A stretch of DNA of 64,000 bases from Candidatus Latescibacterota bacterium (GCA_964291625.2 OZ220090.1:896001-960000), one strand, 5' to 3'. Shown: positions 19,223 to 29,825, numbered from the stretch's first letter. Notes: generated by a model from the sequence alone, not told the origin. Made by a program: numbers and translations.

Positions 19223-20528
19223 GGCCCCTCTCCTGCGGCGGCAGCGGCGGCAGCGACTGCGGACCGTCGATCCCCAGCTTGTAGTACAGGAAGTAGAGGG
19301 CGTGGGACAGATCGCGCTCGCCCTCGGCGATGGCGACCTGGGCATCCAGGATCGTGCGCTCCAGTTCGAGGATCTCGTCCGCCGGCACCGTGGGGTGGTC
19401 GTACGTCCGGACGACCACGAGCGACGCGGCCTGGATGACGGCCTCCCCCTCCCGTCGAGTCAGGTTGCGGGCGAGCAGTGCCTCGGCGTAGTCGGAAAGC
19501 CCTTCGCAGACCTCGTCGGCAATGCGCTGCCGAACCGCTGCGGCCTCCAGCCCGCTCTCGGACACCGCAAGGGAGAGGCCGGCCAGGTTGTCCGCATTGC
19601 GGTTGAACAGAGGGAGCTCCACCCCGAAGGCCAGCTCGTGCCAGTCGTCTTCACCCCCCTCGACATGTCGCGACATCTCCAGGAAGGACAACTGCGGCAG
19701 GAGTCGCCGCCTCTCGAAGTCGTGCCTGTCGAGGGCGAGCTGGTGCCTCTCCTCGGCCAGACGAAGCTCCGGGCGGTTGGCGTAGGCGAGGGTCACGAGC
19801 TCTTCCTCGTTCCCGACGATCCCGGGAAGGGGCTCGGCGGCCAGCTGGATCCGCGCCGAGACGCCCGTCAGACGCCGCAACCTGCGCTCCTCCTCCCGCA
19901 GCGCATGCAGACTTCGAAGGTGGACCTGCCGCGCCTCGGCGACGGCCGTCCTGGCCTTGGTGAGGTACACGATCGACCGCCGGCCATGATCGACCATGGT
20001 CTCGATCTGGGAGATCCGCCGGCTCTCGTTCTCGATCCGCATCGCTGCCAGGCGCGCCAGCTCGGCGTACATGGTGAGGTCGGCGCAGGACCGGCGCACC
20101 CGCGAGGCCAGCCAGTGCCGCTCGCGTATGGCCTCGGCCCTGCGCTCCCACATCGTCACTTGCCTCCGCTGTCTGCGCACCCTCGCTTCGCCGAGTGCCG
20201 GCGGACGCCAGCGGATGCCGATCTCGTACTCGTCGATCCGGGCCCTCCTGCGCCGGGCGGCCAAGTTGCGCACGCGGATCTCGGGATTGTCGATCCAGTC
20301 GAGGGAGCGCATGCGGTGAGTGCGGAGATCGGCCTCTGACTCGAGCAGGCCGATCCTGGGGTTGTTGCGCAGACCGATGGCCACCGTCTCTTCGATGGTC
20401 AGGGGCAGCTCCTGTCCCTCGCCGCCGGCAGCCCCCGCGTCCTGGCCGCCCTCGCTCGGGGCCGCAGTCGAGCAGAGGCCGACGCCGAGGGGGACCAGCA
20501 CGGCTGCGAGAGACCGGCCGCAGCTCAT
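19212..20528 (-). CDS. TolC-family outer membrane efflux protein
   Basis: Signal peptide, LTIEETVAIGLRNNP, AYANRPEL, LLPQLS, VELPLFNRN. Confidence 0.75.
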   Translation of the reverse strand: MSCGRSLAAVLVPLGVGLCSTAAPSEGGQDAGAAGGEGQELPLTIEETVAIGLRNNPRIGLLESEADLRTHRMRSLDWIDNPEIRVRNLAARRRRARIDEYEIGIRWRPPALGEARVRRQRRQVTMWERRAEAIRERHWLASRVRRSCADLTMYAELARLAAMRIENESRRISQIETMVDHGRRSIVYLTKARTAVAEARQVHLRSLHALREEERRLRRLTGVSARIQLAAEPLPGIVGNEEELVTLAYANRPELRLAEERHQLALDRHDFERRRLLPQLSFLEMSRHVEGGEDDWHELAFGVELPLFNRNADNLAGLSLAVSESGLEAAAVRQRIADEVCEGLSDYAEALLARNLTRREGEAVIQAASLVVVRTYDHPTVPADEILELERTILDAQVAIAEGERDLSHALYFLYYKLGIDGPQSLPPLPPQERGHGG

Positions 20529-21613
20529 GGCCCGGCTCTCCCCTCGGCCGCGCCGCGCCCTGCGCCAGTAGCCGCGAAGATCACGGAGGATCGATCGACG
20601 AGGCCCACGCGCACCGACTCGCCAGGCAGCAGAAGGTGACCGGCCTCGAGGACGACGCGCACCTTGCGGGCCCACAGCATCTGCCCGCGAAGCCACAGCC
20701 GCTCCGGCATCGGTGAGTACCCTGGATGGACGAAGTCGATCCGCCCCCTGGCGTCGAAATCGCTCGACCGTCTCGACATCACTTCCACCGCCTGTCCGAC
20801 CCGCCACTGCAGGTCCTCGGTCTCCGGCACGTAGACCTCCACCACGGAGACCTCGGCGCTCTCCACGGTGATGATGGGCAGGAAGGCGTCGACCGTACTG
20901 CCCGGCCGAGCCAGGATCCGGGAGACCAGGCCCGCAGAGGGCGACCTGACCGTTCGATACTCGATGCGCTGGTCTATCCGCGTGATCGACTGGCGGACCT
21001 CGTGGATGCGCTGCATGCGGTCTCCGAGAAGGGAGGTCAGGACGCTGTCGCCGAAGGCCGGATCGTCGCTGCCGAGCTGCACCACCTCGGGCCGGAGGAG
21101 CGCCGACCGTTCGGCGACGGACCGCGCCAGGGCATCGCGGCGAATGGTCATGCGGGTCAGGTCCCGGTCATGGCCCAGGCCGGCCTTCTCCGCGGCCACC
21201 AGGGCGTCGATCTCCCGGCCGAGGGCGTCGAGCTCCGCCTCCTCGGCCTGTACCTCGGCGTATTCCCCGGAGACGCGCAGCCGCAGCAGGTCGTACTCGA
21301 CGTGGTGGCGGCGCCGGTCCGCCGCCGCGATCGACTCCAGGACGGTCAGCTCTTCCGCACGCAGTCGCCTCTCCGCCGACAGGTCCGACACGTCCAGGCG
21401 AGCCAGGACCTGTCCGGCCACGACGGTCTCGCCCACTGCGGCGTGGATCTCGTGGATGGTCCCCCCTTCGCGCGCACCCACCGACTGCTCCGTCGACACG
21501 ACGGTACCCAACAGATACGGATCGACCTGCCACTGCCAGTAGCCGCAGACGGCAGCGATCACGGCCGCGACCCACAGGCCACGGAAGGAGTTCTTCGTCA
21601 GCCAACGCTTCAT
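20525..21613 (-). CDS. HlyD-family periplasmic adaptor
   Basis: N-terminal TM, lipoyl-like half motifs (GTIHEIHAAVGETVVAGQVLARLD; VRSPSAGLVSRILARPG), coiled coil, LLPGESVRV. Confidence 0.82.
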   Translation of the reverse strand: MKRWLTKNSFRGLWVAAVIAAVCGYWQWQVDPYLLGTVVSTEQSVGAREGGTIHEIHAAVGETVVAGQVLARLDVSDLSAERRLRAEELTVLESIAAADRRRHHVEYDLLRLRVSGEYAEVQAEEAELDALGREIDALVAAEKAGLGHDRDLTRMTIRRDALARSVAERSALLRPEVVQLGSDDPAFGDSVLTSLLGDRMQRIHEVRQSITRIDQRIEYRTVRSPSAGLVSRILARPGSTVDAFLPIITVESAEVSVVEVYVPETEDLQWRVGQAVEVMSRRSSDFDARGRIDFVHPGYSPMPERLWLRGQMLWARKVRVVLEAGHLLLPGESVRVGLVDRSSVIFAATGAGRGAAEGRAGP

Positions 21614-21616
21614 GGA

Positions 21617-22300
21617 CTACACCTCGACTGCCGAAGTGTGGTTCATGAAGGTCAGCCCGCGAATGCCTTCGATCTCTCCCAGGGCCTCGATCAGTCGCGT
21701 CGCATCCGCCTCCCGGACGAGCTTGACCTGGTAGGTGCAGTCCACCAGGTCGCCCTGGGCCACGTCGCGCATCGTCACCAGGCCGAAGGTCCGCGGTATC
21801 TGCTGCAGTACCTGGGCTACCTGGGCGGCGAAGTCGGGCGCCGCCGGGATCTGGAAGCGCACGAGTCCATCGTATTTCATGCGCGTGCCGAAACGAGAGG
21901 AATGCATGACCACGGCGATGGTACAGAACAGGGCCGTGGCGAAGGCGGCAGCGATGTAGCTCTGCACCCCGCTGGCCACGCCCGCACCGAGAGCGGCGAA
22001 GAGGAAGACCAGGTCCCGGGGATCGCGCAGGTTGGTGCGGAAACGTATGATCGCCAGCGATCCCACGATGCCGATGCCCCGGGCCACGTTGTCGCCGATG
22101 GCGATCATCAGCAGACAGGTGACGAGGCTGCCCAGGACCATGGTCTCCATCAAGCCCCGCGACCAGGAGAGGCCCTGGAACGTCCACTCGTAGACCACGG
22201 CGATCGTGCTCGACAGGCAGAAGGCGACTACCAGGGAGAGCAGCACCGTGTTCCAGTGGAGCTTGATCGTCCCGAAATCGAGCAACAGGCTGTCCATCAT
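21617..22300 (-). CDS. DUF4956-family membrane protein
   Basis: IGDNVARGIGIVGSLAIIRFRTNLRDPRDLVFLFAALGAGVASG signature. AGGAGA RBS before ATG 22300. Confidence 0.88.
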   Translation of the reverse strand: MMDSLLLDFGTIKLHWNTVLLSLVVAFCLSSTIAVVYEWTFQGLSWSRGLMETMVLGSLVTCLLMIAIGDNVARGIGIVGSLAIIRFRTNLRDPRDLVFLFAALGAGVASGVQSYIAAAFATALFCTIAVVMHSSRFGTRMKYDGLVRFQIPAAPDFAAQVAQVLQQIPRTFGLVTMRDVAQGDLVDCTYQVKLVREADATRLIEALGEIEGIRGLTFMNHTSAVEV

Positions 22301-22333
22301 CCGATCTCCTTCATTTGGACACAGCGCCACACG

Positions 22334-22349
22334 TGCAAGAATTGTGCCG
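22334..22349 (-). promoter_or_regulatory. sigma54 (-24/-12) promoter of the DUF4956-HlyD-TolC-VTC-CotH operon
   Basis: Minus strand CGGCAC-AATTC-TTGCA (consensus TGGCAC-N5-TTGCW), 34 bp upstream of the ATG. Confidence 0.8.
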
Positions 22350-22436
22350 TCCACGAGGCCCCGGCCGCGGTACCGCCCCGGCCTGTCTCTGGCTGCACCC
22401 CGGACCACTGGCAGGAGACAGTCCCATCGGTGGTCC

Positions 22437-22520
22437 GTCCGGTTCTCCGGGACGACTCCGTCTTTCCGCTTTCCTGGACGGGCCTTCGGCCCGGTCGGCG
22501 CTCCGTCCGATTCTCCGGAC
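22437..22520. promoter_or_regulatory. Putative enhancer (UAS) palindromes GTCC-N8-GGAC
   Basis: TTCC-GCTTTCCT-GGAC (22464-22479) and GTCC-GATTCTCC-GGAC (22505-22520), 41 bp apart. Weaker copy at 22437-22453. Confidence 0.65.
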
Positions 22521-22652
22521 CGGGGCAGCAGCCGGCCCGGGGCATGGCAGACCGCCGGCCCCACCGGTGCCGGCGCGGCCGACTTGCAGACGATCAGGGT
22601 GCTGAGGGGGCGAGGGAGACGCAGAGGCCGCGTCTCCCCGGGACGCGGCGGG

Positions 22653-25600
22653 CTACTCGCGGGAGGCCGGGATCACCTGGAGGAGCTGGCGCTGCCGCAG
22701 CTCTCCATCCTCCAGGTACACACAGACGTACAGTCCAGGAGACACCAAGCGGCCGCCGCGGTCGGTTCCATCCCAGGCGAGGGTGCGGCTCTCCGGACCT
22801 GCGGTCAGTCTCTCCACCAGCTCGCCCGCCGTGTTGAAGATCCGTATCTCGACTCTTCCCGAGCCACGGAACCAGAAGGTCGCGGGCTGCCCCCGCGAAA
22901 CCGGATTGGGATAGCTGTAGACGGCGATCTGCTCGTCGATCACCTGCGCCGTCAGGATCACGGTGCGGGTGCCCCCGTCCCCGGTCAGGCTCAGGGTCTC
23001 CTCGATCCTCTCCGACTCCCCCGACAGACCGCCGTCGATCCCCGACCGGAAGAGGATCCACACCTCCGCCGTATCCCCGGGCGCCAGGCTGAAGGACGAC
23101 AGTTCCGCGGCGAACTGCCGGGTGTCGTCGACTGTCCGGGGATCGAGATTGAGCCGTGCATCGCCGCGGTTGTGCACCGGCAGGCTCTTCCACAGGGAGT
23201 CGCCCACGGAGACGGCGCCGAAGTCCAGGGTATCGGCAAGGACTTCCAGCACGGGCGCCACTCCTGTGATCGTGAACGACACCTGGATTGTCGGCTGGTC
23301 GGGATCGCTGCTGTCTATGGTCAGGACACTCGAGTCCGGGCCGAGCCGATCGGGAGAGACACGGATCGTGATCTCGCTGGTCTCCCCGGGTTCCAGGGGC
23401 CAGGGAAAGCGGTCCTCCAGAGCCTCCATGGGCTCACCGTCCCAGAGGAATCCCTCGATGACCAGCTCTGCCTCACCCGTGTTGGCAAGGGTCAGGACCA
23501 CCGGGACGGCCTGATCTGCCCGGACCTCGCCCAGTTCCACCAGGCGCGGCTCGACTTCCAGGCGCGGCTTGATTCCCCGCCCCCTCAGCGGCACGTCGAG
23601 GAAGCTCTTGTCAGGGTCGTTGCTGGTCAGGCCCAACGATGCCTCCACAATACTGGCGTCGCGAGGACTGAAGGTGACCACCACGGTCGTATCCCTCCCC
23701 GGTTCCAGGTCGAAGGACTCGGGCGATACCTGGAATTGCTCATCCGTCGTCGCTGCGCCCACACCCAGCAGACCTGTGCCGCTGTTTTCCACGACCAGGG
23801 TCTCTTCGCCGGACTTGCTCACGGCCACTTCTCCGAAGAAGACCGTATCGGAGACGGATACCTGGATCTGCGGCTTCTGGCTGCCGGCTTTGAGATCGAC
23901 GATGATCACCGGCGCATTCGGATCGTTGGTCGTGAGCACCAGCGCCGCCTCAATCCTCGGGTAGTTGGCCGAAGGATCGAATTTCAGCTCCATGACCAGA
24001 CTGTCACCCGGACTGATGCTGACCCCGGGGCCGGGGCGCTCCACCTCGAACTCCGGTTTGGTGGTGATGAGCTGGTTGATCACCAGATCGGCCTCGCCCC
24101 GGTTGTAGAGCGTCAATTCCCTGTGGACGGGCTCGCCGGAGATGCCGAAGTCGACGCGATCGGAGGACAGACCGATCTCGGGGATCAGCTGGGACATGAC
24201 AATGCTCACGCTGTCGCTCTCGAGCCCCGGGGCGGCGACCTTCACCGTGGCGATTCCGGGCAGGGTGCCCGCGGTAAAGGAGACGCTGGCCATGCCCTCC
24301 ACCACCACGGCGCTGGACACCTCCAGGTCGCCCAGATCCTCGGGACCTTCGACAATCGAGAAGGAGATCTCCGTACTGTTGTCGGTCTTGAGCCGCCCCC
24401 CGAGGGAGTCCTGCACCACGGCGGTCAGGATCGACGTGTCCTCGCCGTTGGCCCGGATGCTCGCAGGTGAGGCGGTGAGGACGATCTTGAACCGGGTCAG
24501 GACGATACCGAAGGCCCCTCCCCCGACGGTGCCGGCGTAGACTTGCCGGGGACGAGAGAGCCCCATGGCCACGGAGAGCACATCGGGGTGGGTCAGACCC
24601 GGCTCGATGGGCTGCCAGCTGTCGCCGCCGTCCAGGCTGCGGAAGACCCCGCCGCGGGTGCCGGCGTACAGGTGTGATGAATCGGCCGGGTCCGCGACCA
24701 GGGCGCGAATCGACGAAGAGGTCAGCCCCGCGTTGATCCCCTCCCAGGTGAGGCCGTCGTCCAGGCTGCGGAAGATCCCGCCGTCGGTTCCGGCAAAGAC
24801 GGCACGGCCCGCCCCATCCAGGGCCAGGGCCCGCACCGCCAGCCCCCCCATGCCGGCGCTCGAGGGCGTCCAGGTCGAGCCCCCGTCCCCGCTGCGGTAG
24901 ACCCCCTCCCCGGTGCCGGCAAAGACAACCTGCCCCCCCGGATGCAGGGCCAGGGCCCGCACCGACAGGGCAGCCAGCCCCTGGCCGTCGGACGGCCAGC
25001 TCAATCCCCCGTCGAGGCTGCGGAAGACCCCCTTCTCCGTGCCCGCAAAGACGGTCGTCCCCGTCGCCCCCGCCGCCAGGGACTGCACGGTCAGGGTATC
25101 CAGCGCCTCGGCCGCTGACGACCAGGTCGAGCCGCCATCGAGGCTGCGGAAGACTCCGCTGCGAGTGCCGGCGAACATCCGCAGAGGCGAACCCGGGTCG
25201 ACCAGGAGCGCATGGACGTCCAGCTCGGCCTGACTGCGCGTCCAGGAAGCGCCCCCGTCGAAGCTGCGGAAGATCCCGGACTCCCCCCCCGCGTGCAGGC
25301 GCAGTGCGTCGGAAGGATCGACGGCCAGGGTGCGCACCGACATGGCTGACAGACCGGTGTTCGCCTCCTCCCACCTCGTCCCCCCGGCGAGGCGGAACAC
25401 CCCGGCCCGGGTACCCGCATACAGCCGCGAGCCGTCGAGGGAATCCAGCCACAGGGCACGCACGGGTACCGTGGGCAGGCCCTCGTCGAGAGCGGTCCAG
25501 GAAGCGCCCCCGTCGAGGCTGCGGAAGACCCCGGACCCGCCCGCCGCGTAGAGCCGCAGGTCGTCGGAGGGGTCGACGGCCAGTGCCTCGACCGCTGACA

Positions 25601-26336
25601 GCCGGGACCCCTCGCCGGCCGGCTCCCAGCTGGCGCCCCGGTCGCCGCTGCGGAAGAGGCCGGCGTCCGTGCCCGCGTACACCCATGCCAGGCCGCCGTC
25701 CACGGCCAGGACCGATACCCCGGCCCCGTCCAGCCCCTCGCCGGCGTCGCTCCACGTCTGCCCCCTGTCCTCGCTCAGGAAGACGCCGGCCTCCGTACCC
25801 GCGTACAGCCGCAGGGTATCGGCGGCCTCCACGGCCAGGGCATGCACGGGACCCGCCAGCCCCTGGCTGGGGTTGTTCCACGTCACCCCCCCGTCCGTCG
25901 TCGACAGAAAGCCGGCGTCCGTACCCGCGTACGCGCGCAGGGGGTCGCGGGGATCGATGGCCAGGGCCGCCACCGACAGAGGCTCCGACTCCTCCCCGGA
26001 GGACCACGTCGCGCCGCCGTCCAGGCTGCGGAACAACCCGGCATCGGTGCCGGCCAACAGGTAGGAGGGGCGGTCCGGGTGCACCGCGAGACTCCGCACG
26101 ACCCGGCCGGCGATGCCGGAGGCGGTCCAGGTCGCGCCCCCGTCGAGGCTGCGGAAGACCCCATCCATGGTGCCGGCATACACGACCTGCCCGTCGCCCG
26201 GCCGCGTGGCCAGGGCCTGGACCGGCCCCCCGTAGAGACCGAGCGGACTCCAGAGATTGTCGGCGCTCCAGGCCCTCGGCGCGGCTCCGAGCAGCATCAC
26301 GCCCGCCAGCAGGCTTCGCCTCCCCCGCGCCGTCAC
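22653..26336 (-). CDS. Secreted BNR/VPS10-like beta-propeller with Big_1, several ASH/choice-of-anchor D Ig domains and FlgD-type C-terminal domain
   Basis: About 14 repeats of YAGT.GGVFRSLDGG.SW. LTASPASIRANGEDTS (Big_1). DFG...N.G...L....SNDP repeats. YSYPNP...IFNTAGELVE...WDGTDRGGRLVSPGLY tail. Confidence 0.88.
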   Translation of the reverse strand: MTARGRRSLLAGVMLLGAAPRAWSADNLWSPLGLYGGPVQALATRPGDGQVVYAGTMDGVFRSLDGGATWTASGIAGRVVRSLAVHPDRPSYLLAGTDAGLFRSLDGGATWSSGEESEPLSVAALAIDPRDPLRAYAGTDAGFLSTTDGGVTWNNPSQGLAGPVHALAVEAADTLRLYAGTEAGVFLSEDRGQTWSDAGEGLDGAGVSVLAVDGGLAWVYAGTDAGLFRSGDRGASWEPAGEGSRLSAVEALAVDPSDDLRLYAAGGSGVFRSLDGGASWTALDEGLPTVPVRALWLDSLDGSRLYAGTRAGVFRLAGGTRWEEANTGLSAMSVRTLAVDPSDALRLHAGGESGIFRSFDGGASWTRSQAELDVHALLVDPGSPLRMFAGTRSGVFRSLDGGSTWSSAAEALDTLTVQSLAAGATGTTVFAGTEKGVFRSLDGGLSWPSDGQGLAALSVRALALHPGGQVVFAGTGEGVYRSGDGGSTWTPSSAGMGGLAVRALALDGAGRAVFAGTDGGIFRSLDDGLTWEGINAGLTSSSIRALVADPADSSHLYAGTRGGVFRSLDGGDSWQPIEPGLTHPDVLSVAMGLSRPRQVYAGTVGGGAFGIVLTRFKIVLTASPASIRANGEDTSILTAVVQDSLGGRLKTDNSTEISFSIVEGPEDLGDLEVSSAVVVEGMASVSFTAGTLPGIATVKVAAPGLESDSVSIVMSQLIPEIGLSSDRVDFGISGEPVHRELTLYNRGEADLVINQLITTKPEFEVERPGPGVSISPGDSLVMELKFDPSANYPRIEAALVLTTNDPNAPVIIVDLKAGSQKPQIQVSVSDTVFFGEVAVSKSGEETLVVENSGTGLLGVGAATTDEQFQVSPESFDLEPGRDTTVVVTFSPRDASIVEASLGLTSNDPDKSFLDVPLRGRGIKPRLEVEPRLVELGEVRADQAVPVVLTLANTGEAELVIEGFLWDGEPMEALEDRFPWPLEPGETSEITIRVSPDRLGPDSSVLTIDSSDPDQPTIQVSFTITGVAPVLEVLADTLDFGAVSVGDSLWKSLPVHNRGDARLNLDPRTVDDTRQFAAELSSFSLAPGDTAEVWILFRSGIDGGLSGESERIEETLSLTGDGGTRTVILTAQVIDEQIAVYSYPNPVSRGQPATFWFRGSGRVEIRIFNTAGELVERLTAGPESRTLAWDGTDRGGRLVSPGLYVCVYLEDGELRQRQLLQVIPASRE

Positions 26337-27934
26337 GGCGGTTCCGTCCGTCCCCTCAGCAGCTCGAAGAGGCGGTTGCTCCCCTGTGCCTTCCGCAGAT
26401 ACTCCAGCTGCGCCAGTCCGGCCAGGTCGACCCGGCGGCCGGCCAGGTCGATGGGACCGCCGCGGCTGAGGCGGGCCGCTTCGCGATAGCAGTTGGCGGC
26501 GCCGGCGAAGTCGCCGGAGAACTCCGACAGCAGGCCGGCCACGTAGTAGGTGTGGGGGTAGCTGGGATCCAGCCGCGCGGCGGTCAACAGCCCCTGCTCC
26601 GAGTAGGGGGGCTCCCGGCTCCGCAACCGGCTGTAGACCCTCGCCACCGCGGCGACGGCCTCGGGGTGGTGCTCCAGGGAAAAGGAGCCGCGCAGCCGCA
26701 CCCGGCCTTCCAGGAGAATCTCGAAGAGATAGGGCCCCTCGAGCAGGTAGCCAGTGCCTTCAAGCCAGTCCGCGGCGGGCTGGAAGGGAAACGCCACCCC
26801 GTGGTCGGAGAGGTGCAGATCATCCGTACCGACCTCTTCGAGGACCACCCCGTCGGGACCGTAGAGGATCAGCTTCGGACGTCGATCGGCCCAGTCCTGC
26901 CCCGAGGCGGGGTAGCGAAGCTCGATCTGCAGCAGGGCTTCATCCACCGGCCACAGACGGGCCTCGGGGGCCGGCTCTCCGTCGCGCTGCAGGCGCCAGC
27001 CGTCGAAGTGGAGGGGAAACTGGTACCGCCCCCAGGAGGCGGCCACCCCCAGGGTCCTGGTGTCGCCCAGGAAGGGCCGATCCTCCACGACGTACTGGGC
27101 GGTGCCGCGGCCCGAGCCGACCGTCAGACCCAGGCGCCAGCCCGTGCCCACGCCCGAGGTCCGCTCGACGGCACCGCTCAGGCCCAGGTCGAGAGGCCCC
27201 GGCGCCAGAAGCGCGTTGGCACCGAGGGTCCAGCGTCCGCTGCGAGGCTGGTAGCCGAATGACAGGAACGGGCGTCCCCGTACCACGGCGGCGCTCAGAA
27301 CCGGGTTCCAGGAGGCTCCTTCCAAGGTCGACCAGGCATTGCGCACCGTCGCTCCGAGGCGCAGCTCGAAGGCCTTGTCGACGGCCAGGGCCGCCAGTCC
27401 TCCGAGGTCCAGCCCGACGTCGCTCCAGCTCTGGCTGCCGGTATCGACCCGGAGCCAGTGGATCCCCAGGCCGAGCTGGGGCGGGCCTGCATCGCTCCAG
27501 GGCCGCAGCCCCTCAAACGCCTTGCCCGCTGCCATCACGACACGGGCTTCGCCATGGGAACCGTACCCCTCGATGTTCCCCTGGGCGTCCGACCGCAGCA
27601 CGCGGCCGGTGCCCAGGCGGTCCAGGCCGACTCCCGCGCCCCACGAGTTGGTGCTGCGCACGAGACTGACCAGGTCGTGGCCGAGGTCCAGCCCATCGAA
27701 CAACTCGGCGTGGGAAAAGGCCGCGTGGTACCGTCGCTCCAGCCGTGCCAGACCCGCCGGGTTCCAGTAGAGCGCCCCCTGGTCCGCGGCCACCGCCACC
27801 GAGGCCGGCCCCAGCACCGCGGCCCGTCCCCAGGCCGCGGGATGGGCGAAGGCCCCCTCGACCTGGCCCTGGACCCGCTCGGCGCCCGCCAGCAGGAGCG
27901 GCCAGGCCCACGCCAGGCTCCTGGCGCACTTCAT
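26333..27934 (-). CDS. PorV/PorQ (UPF0164)-like outer-membrane beta-barrel with C-terminal TPR-like extension
   Basis: Signal peptide, then GRAAVLGPASVAVAADQGALYWNPAGLA. Amphipathic strands (GLDLGGL, LRLGATVRN). C-terminal LDPSYPHTYYVAGLLSEFSGDFAGAANCYREA. Confidence 0.7.
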   Translation of the reverse strand: MKCARSLAWAWPLLLAGAERVQGQVEGAFAHPAAWGRAAVLGPASVAVAADQGALYWNPAGLARLERRYHAAFSHAELFDGLDLGHDLVSLVRSTNSWGAGVGLDRLGTGRVLRSDAQGNIEGYGSHGEARVVMAAGKAFEGLRPWSDAGPPQLGLGIHWLRVDTGSQSWSDVGLDLGGLAALAVDKAFELRLGATVRNAWSTLEGASWNPVLSAAVVRGRPFLSFGYQPRSGRWTLGANALLAPGPLDLGLSGAVERTSGVGTGWRLGLTVGSGRGTAQYVVEDRPFLGDTRTLGVAASWGRYQFPLHFDGWRLQRDGEPAPEARLWPVDEALLQIELRYPASGQDWADRRPKLILYGPDGVVLEEVGTDDLHLSDHGVAFPFQPAADWLEGTGYLLEGPYLFEILLEGRVRLRGSFSLEHHPEAVAAVARVYSRLRSREPPYSEQGLLTAARLDPSYPHTYYVAGLLSEFSGDFAGAANCYREAARLSRGGPIDLAGRRVDLAGLAQLEYLRKAQGSNRLFELLRGRTEPP

Positions 27935-29825
27935 TCGAACAGTCCCACCAGGTCGTCCCTCCCCAGCATTCCCGCCAGGACGGCCGCCCTGCGGGCATTC
28001 TCCGCGGACAGCCCGCCGCGCCGCGCGATGCGCAACATCTCCGCCCACGCCTCGCCGGCCGTCACCGGCACCAGCACTTCGACCTCGGCGCCGGGATCGA
28101 CCTGCAGACGCTCGACGTAGTCGGCCTGGCCGGGACGCTGGACGTGCAGCGTGTAGGCCCCGGGAAGGAGCGGCGAGAAACGGATGGGAAGACGGTCACC
28201 GAGGCGGTTCTCCTCGGTCGCCTCCTGCAGGAAGAGCCGGGCCCGAAAGGCGACCTCGTCCCCCAGGTCGAGGGTATCGACCTGCGCTCTGACGCGCAGT
28301 CCGGCCGGCTCCTGCTCGAGGGAAACCCGCACCGTGGTCTCGTCGACCACCTCGATGCGTTCGGGGGCGACCGGACAGCCGACCCCGTACCGGGCCGCTC
28401 GCAACTCCAGCTGCCTCAGGTTGGCCCGACCACGGATCAGGCGCTCGTCGAAGACCACGAGGCCCTCCGAGTCCGCCCGGCCCAGCAGGAGGTCCGCGGC
28501 CCACAGGTCGATGCCGGGCCAGGGTACCCCTTGCCCGTCGACCACGGTCACGGCTACGGGCTTGGGCTCGAACACGACCCGCAGATCGTAGACGCCGGGC
28601 CCGGGAGACTCGGCGGCAAGCGGCCCCGCTCGAAGACGAGCCCCAACTGGACGAGGCTGATCCGTTCGAGCTCGTCGGGGGCCAGTCGCTTTCTCACCTG
28701 CACACGTCCCCGGCGGTTCGTGGTGCCGGCCGCCGCGGCGTCGAGCAGGACGTCGACGCCGGGGAAGGGCCGCCCGGAGGTGTCCAGCACCTCGATGGTG
28801 AACAGGTTCTCGGCCGGGCGCAGCAGGACCGACTTGCGGATGCGGCCCGGACGGAGCATCTCCACCACGGGCGAGGTCGGACTGGCTTCGTACCCGGGCC
28901 GCACCACGGCGAAGGTGTGGCGGCCAGGCTCCACGGGGAAGACCCCCGGGGTCACTCCGAGAGTGTCGCCGTCGAGCACGACGATCGAGCCAGGGGGATC
29001 GGAGTCCACCTGGAGGAGGGGCGGCACGATCGAGAATCCGCGCACGGCCTCCTCGTTCCAAAGCCGGGGCTCCCCGCCGGCGGCGTCGGTCACCCGGACC
29101 GCGACCTCCCCGAGGCCGACGTGGCCATCGCCGTCTTCGTCGCGGCCCGTCTCCAGCTCCTGGAGCAGGCGAGCAGTGAACCCGCCGTCCACGGCGCGCC
29201 GGCTGCCGACCTCGACCACGCCGGCGCTCTCCGGAAGGAAGTCCCCCCGATGCGCGCCGGGTGTGAATCCGTCGTACTCCCGGTCGTCGGCGGGCGAATC
29301 GGGGCCGGTGAACCCCTTGCCGCCCTCCCCGCTGTACGAGGCGTCGATGACCGCGCAGGTCCGGGTCGTTCTCAGGCGCTGGAGGAACTGGCCGATCTCG
29401 TCGTCGCGCAGGAAGCTCTCCCCCGTCGCCCCCTGGGCGTCAAAGGGCAGGAGGCACTCGTCGTACTGATCGACCTGCTCGTCGAGAAAGAGATCGTCCT
29501 CGAGGCGGGAACCGCGTCCCGAGAAGTAGAACAGGAACAGATCGTCCCCGCCCACCTGGCTGATGAGCGCCTGAAAGGCCCGATGGATGCCCTCGTAGGT
29601 GGCGGCCGAATCGGTGAGGGCCACGATGCGGTCGAACCCGCCTTCCACGGTCAGGAAGCGCTGCAGGGCGCCGACTTCGGAGACCGGGTGCTGCAGGGTC
29701 GGCACCCCCGAACTCTCGGGATAGGCCGCCACGCCCACCAGCAGGGCCCAGCGTTGGGCGCTCCAGGAGGCTTGACACAGACCCAGGAGCAGGACCGCCA
29801 CAGCCAACCCCGTCCGCCGGCCCAT
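27931..29825 (-). CDS. Exported caspase-like (C14) plus PEGA protein, catalytically substituted, with one frameshift near 28600-28650
   Basis: RWALLVGVAAY, FYFSGRG (H>R), DECLLPFD, VIDASYSG (C>S), PEGA LQVDSDPPGS. Continues in the 27931..29061 frame (GVYDLRVVFEPKP...LLPGAYTLHVQRPG). Confidence 0.75.

Noticed and set aside
24540-26200. Regular ~125-bp repeats (ggctgcggaagacc...) resembling a CRISPR array
   Set aside because: They are the coding repeats of the beta-propeller (GVFRSLDGG). The spacers are homologous and no cas genes are present.
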